Shown one piece after another: positions 30,310 through 32,000 of a DNA stretch of 32,000 nt. The stretch is from NCBI GenBank assembly GCA_049606355.1, contig JBMYVL010000002.1, forward strand, positions 180,001 through 212,000. The letters are read 5' to 3'. The stretch comes from Opitutales bacterium. Its GTDB lineage: Bacteria > Verrucomicrobiota > Verrucomicrobiia > Opitutales > Coraliomargaritaceae. A model generated the notes under the pieces. It ran no database searches. It saw only the letters and a list, made by a program, of their open reading frames with translations, and was not told where the DNA came from. Each line of letters opens with the position of its first letter. Positions within the stretch are counted from its first letter, which is position 1. A program made the position numbers and the translations under genes.

Positions 30310-31476
30310 ATGTTAAAAACTAAGCACATTTTGCTTTTACTGGAGTGGTACGATTACCGGATCCACAAAGGCGTCGCACAAATGGCGCGCAAATATGGCT
30401 GGCAACTCAATTGCCCCAAAAACCACTCCAACCTATCCACGCAGTCCGGTATTTTAAAGGATTGGGATGGAGATGGCTGCATCGCCATGATTGAGTGCGA
30501 CGCTACGTTTAATTACCTAAGGACTAAAAAGATTCCCATCGTTGATTTAGGCTTAAGGAATCATCAAATGCCAATACCTCGAATGATCACCGACAACGAA
30601 AAGATCGGTGAACTGGCTGCGGAACATTTACGTGAGTTTGGACATAAAGAAATTTTTGTCTTAGATCCGGGTAACAATGACATGTACCGGGAACGCCTCG
30701 CCCATCTTAAAAAATACACCAAAAAAGAAGGAGGCATCGTTACAGTCTTAAAATCAGCAACCGAAGTGCAAAACGAGATCATTGATGAGCTCAAAGTGAT
30801 TGCCAGCCATAGGGGCCATAAACTCGAGGCACTTTCCTTGGCTTTCTTTGCCTATACGGATTCGATCGCAGCGGAACTGATTTCACTCTTTCTAAAAAAT
30901 GGGCTGCGCATCCCTGAGAATATCGCCCTGTTAGGTGTCGACAATGATGACCTGATCAACAGCAGCTTAGTTTTAGGCTTAAGCAGTGTTGATAGCGATC
31001 AGGAAGGTCTCGGTCGCGCCTCGGCCAGGCTGATGCATGATTTATTAAATCCCAAAAACAGAATTCCCAAACGAAAGATATTCAGACACGCCCCCAAATC
31101 TGTGGTCGCTCGACGTAGCACTGACTGCTACGCCGTGCGCAATCCACTCGTATCCAAAGCACTTCATTGGATACAAAATAATTTTTACAAGGGAATCCAG
31201 GCGACCGATGTCGCTGAAGCTATGGGCGTCACGCAACAGGGCCTACAAAAAGCATTTGCAATCAACTATATCCGGTCACCCGGCAATGAGATCCGCCATC
31301 AGCGCATTCAAGCGGTGGCCTTCCTCTTGAGTACGACTGGGGCTAACCTTGAAACCATTGCAAAAAACTGTGGCTACCATTCGGTCAACTCACTGATCAA
31401 TAGCTTCAAACAACACTATAAAGTCACTCCCGGAAAATACCGGATTCAGAAAAAGTCTGAGAGTATTAGCCTTTAG
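30310..31476 (+). CDS. XylR-type hybrid regulator (periplasmic-binding-protein-like sugar-sensor domain + AraC-family HTH)
   Basis: I chose the ATG at 30310 (MLKTKHILLLLEWYDYRIHKGVAQ...), similar to the XylR N-terminus pattern. The C-terminal AraC HTH is ETIAKNCGYHSVNSLINSFKQHYKVTPGKYR. Confidence 0.8.
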   Translation: MLKTKHILLLLEWYDYRIHKGVAQMARKYGWQLNCPKNHSNLSTQSGILKDWDGDGCIAMIECDATFNYLRTKKIPIVDLGLRNHQMPIPRMITDNEKIGELAAEHLREFGHKEIFVLDPGNNDMYRERLAHLKKYTKKEGGIVTVLKSATEVQNEIIDELKVIASHRGHKLEALSLAFFAYTDSIAAELISLFLKNGLRIPENIALLGVDNDDLINSSLVLGLSSVDSDQEGLGRASARLMHDLLNPKNRIPKRKIFRHAPKSVVARRSTDCYAVRNPLVSKALHWIQNNFYKGIQATDVAEAMGVTQQGLQKAFAINYIRSPGNEIRHQRIQAVAFLLSTTGANLETIAKNCGYHSVNSLINSFKQHYKVTPGKYRIQKKSESISL

Positions 31477-31481
31477 TAGTA

Positions 31482-31502
31482 AGACGACTGGATTAGTCGT
31501 CT
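31482..31502. terminator. 8-bp perfect hairpin between convergent genes (possible bidirectional terminator)
   Basis: AGACGACT (31482-31489) / AGTCGTCT (31495-31502), loop GGATT. It is followed by AATTCAATTTT on the plus strand. The stem overlaps the stop codon of the minus-strand gene. Confidence 0.4.
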
Positions 31503-32000
31503 AATTCAATTTTGTAAAATTGCCTAGGTGCGTCCTCATGGGCTTCGGACCAATAATTCAGCCCACCGAAAGAACCCGGCAAGGCTTCCTCCACCACAGA
31601 CCAATTCGCAGCACCCAAATCGGTCTTCGCGAGGACTCGATAGGATTCACTGTCACTCCCGTACCAACTAATGTTATTCGTCGTCGCAGTCCGGTAGAAT
31701 GTATGAAGACTGAACTTTGAGTAACTGTTCGTGGGAAGGGTACCTGCCCTAAACTCAATTAGGTTCGAGACTCCATCTTGGTCGCTATCGGCATTGGGTT
31801 CGGCATTAATCGAACCGAAGTAGCTCAGCTCCCAGGCGTCCAACATGCCGTCATGATCGCTATCCTCAGGATTTATCGGATCCGTCACTACTGCCAAGCT
31901 CACATCATCGACATAGAAATTCTCGGCTGCATCGACATTCGATATGTAGATGAACTCCATCAACGCATCATAAACAAACTCGCCACTCAACTCCACCCAC
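31493..32000 (-). CDS. C-terminal part of a larger secreted protein with thrombospondin-type-3-like DSDxDG calcium-binding repeats and a terminal beta-sandwich domain. Partial: it continues past the right edge.
   Basis: The frame is open to position 32000; the track 'M' at 31996 is an internal GTG. Motifs seen: FYVDDVSL (end of a lectin/CBM-like domain), DSDHDGMLDAWELSYFGS and DSDQDGVSNLIEF. Confidence 0.7.
   Translation of the reverse strand, partial: WVELSGEFVYDALMEFIYISNVDAAENFYVDDVSLAVVTDPINPEDSDHDGMLDAWELSYFGSINAEPNADSDQDGVSNLIEFRAGTLPTNSYSKFSLHTFYRTATTNNISWYGSDSESYRVLAKTDLGAANWSVVEEALPGSFGGLNYWSEAHEDAPRQFYKIELDD

Overview
Gene-dense 32-kb chromosomal window. I saw no rRNA, CRISPR array, IS element, integrase, phage genes or recognisable defence genes. 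There are three blocks. (i) 1-5318, minus strand: an exopolysaccharide export operon (predicted outer-membrane beta-barrel, Wza-like exporter, Wzc-like tyrosine autokinase), then a 365-nt non-coding spacer and a secreted right-handed beta-helix protein that runs off the left edge and is missing from the ORF track. (ii) 5.5-19.3 kb: housekeeping genes, namely purD, LMW phosphatase, pgsA-pgpA, tlyA, rpsP-trmD-rplS (no rimM), 2Fe-2S ferredoxin, YmdB-like phosphoesterase, ilvB, DUF445, RluA-family synthase, SDR, hpf and a small membrane protein. This block also holds an uncharacterised pair: a host-attachment/baeRF-like protein and a PAC2-like protein, preceded by a perfect 16-bp palindrome. (iii) From tRNA-Arg(ACG) at 19279 to the right edge: a glycan-utilisation block with xylA-xylB, an oversized TonB-dependent receptor (about 1305 aa), a small secreted two-EF-hand protein, a cytoplasmic GHL6/GH42-like putative glycosidase, a PEP-CTERM lectin-like protein, a XylR-type hybrid regulator, and the C-terminus of a large secreted protein with DSDxDG repeats. 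PEP-CTERM sorting, a TBDR locus without SusD and the repeat protein suggest a PVC-group (Verrucomicrobiota-like) genome. That is a low-confidence inference. The most unusual items are the large non-barrel insertion in the TBDR and its SusD-less locus, and the baeRF-like/PAC2-like pair. I found no convincing novel defence or mobile system. All family assignments come from motifs read by eye and need HMM or structure confirmation.
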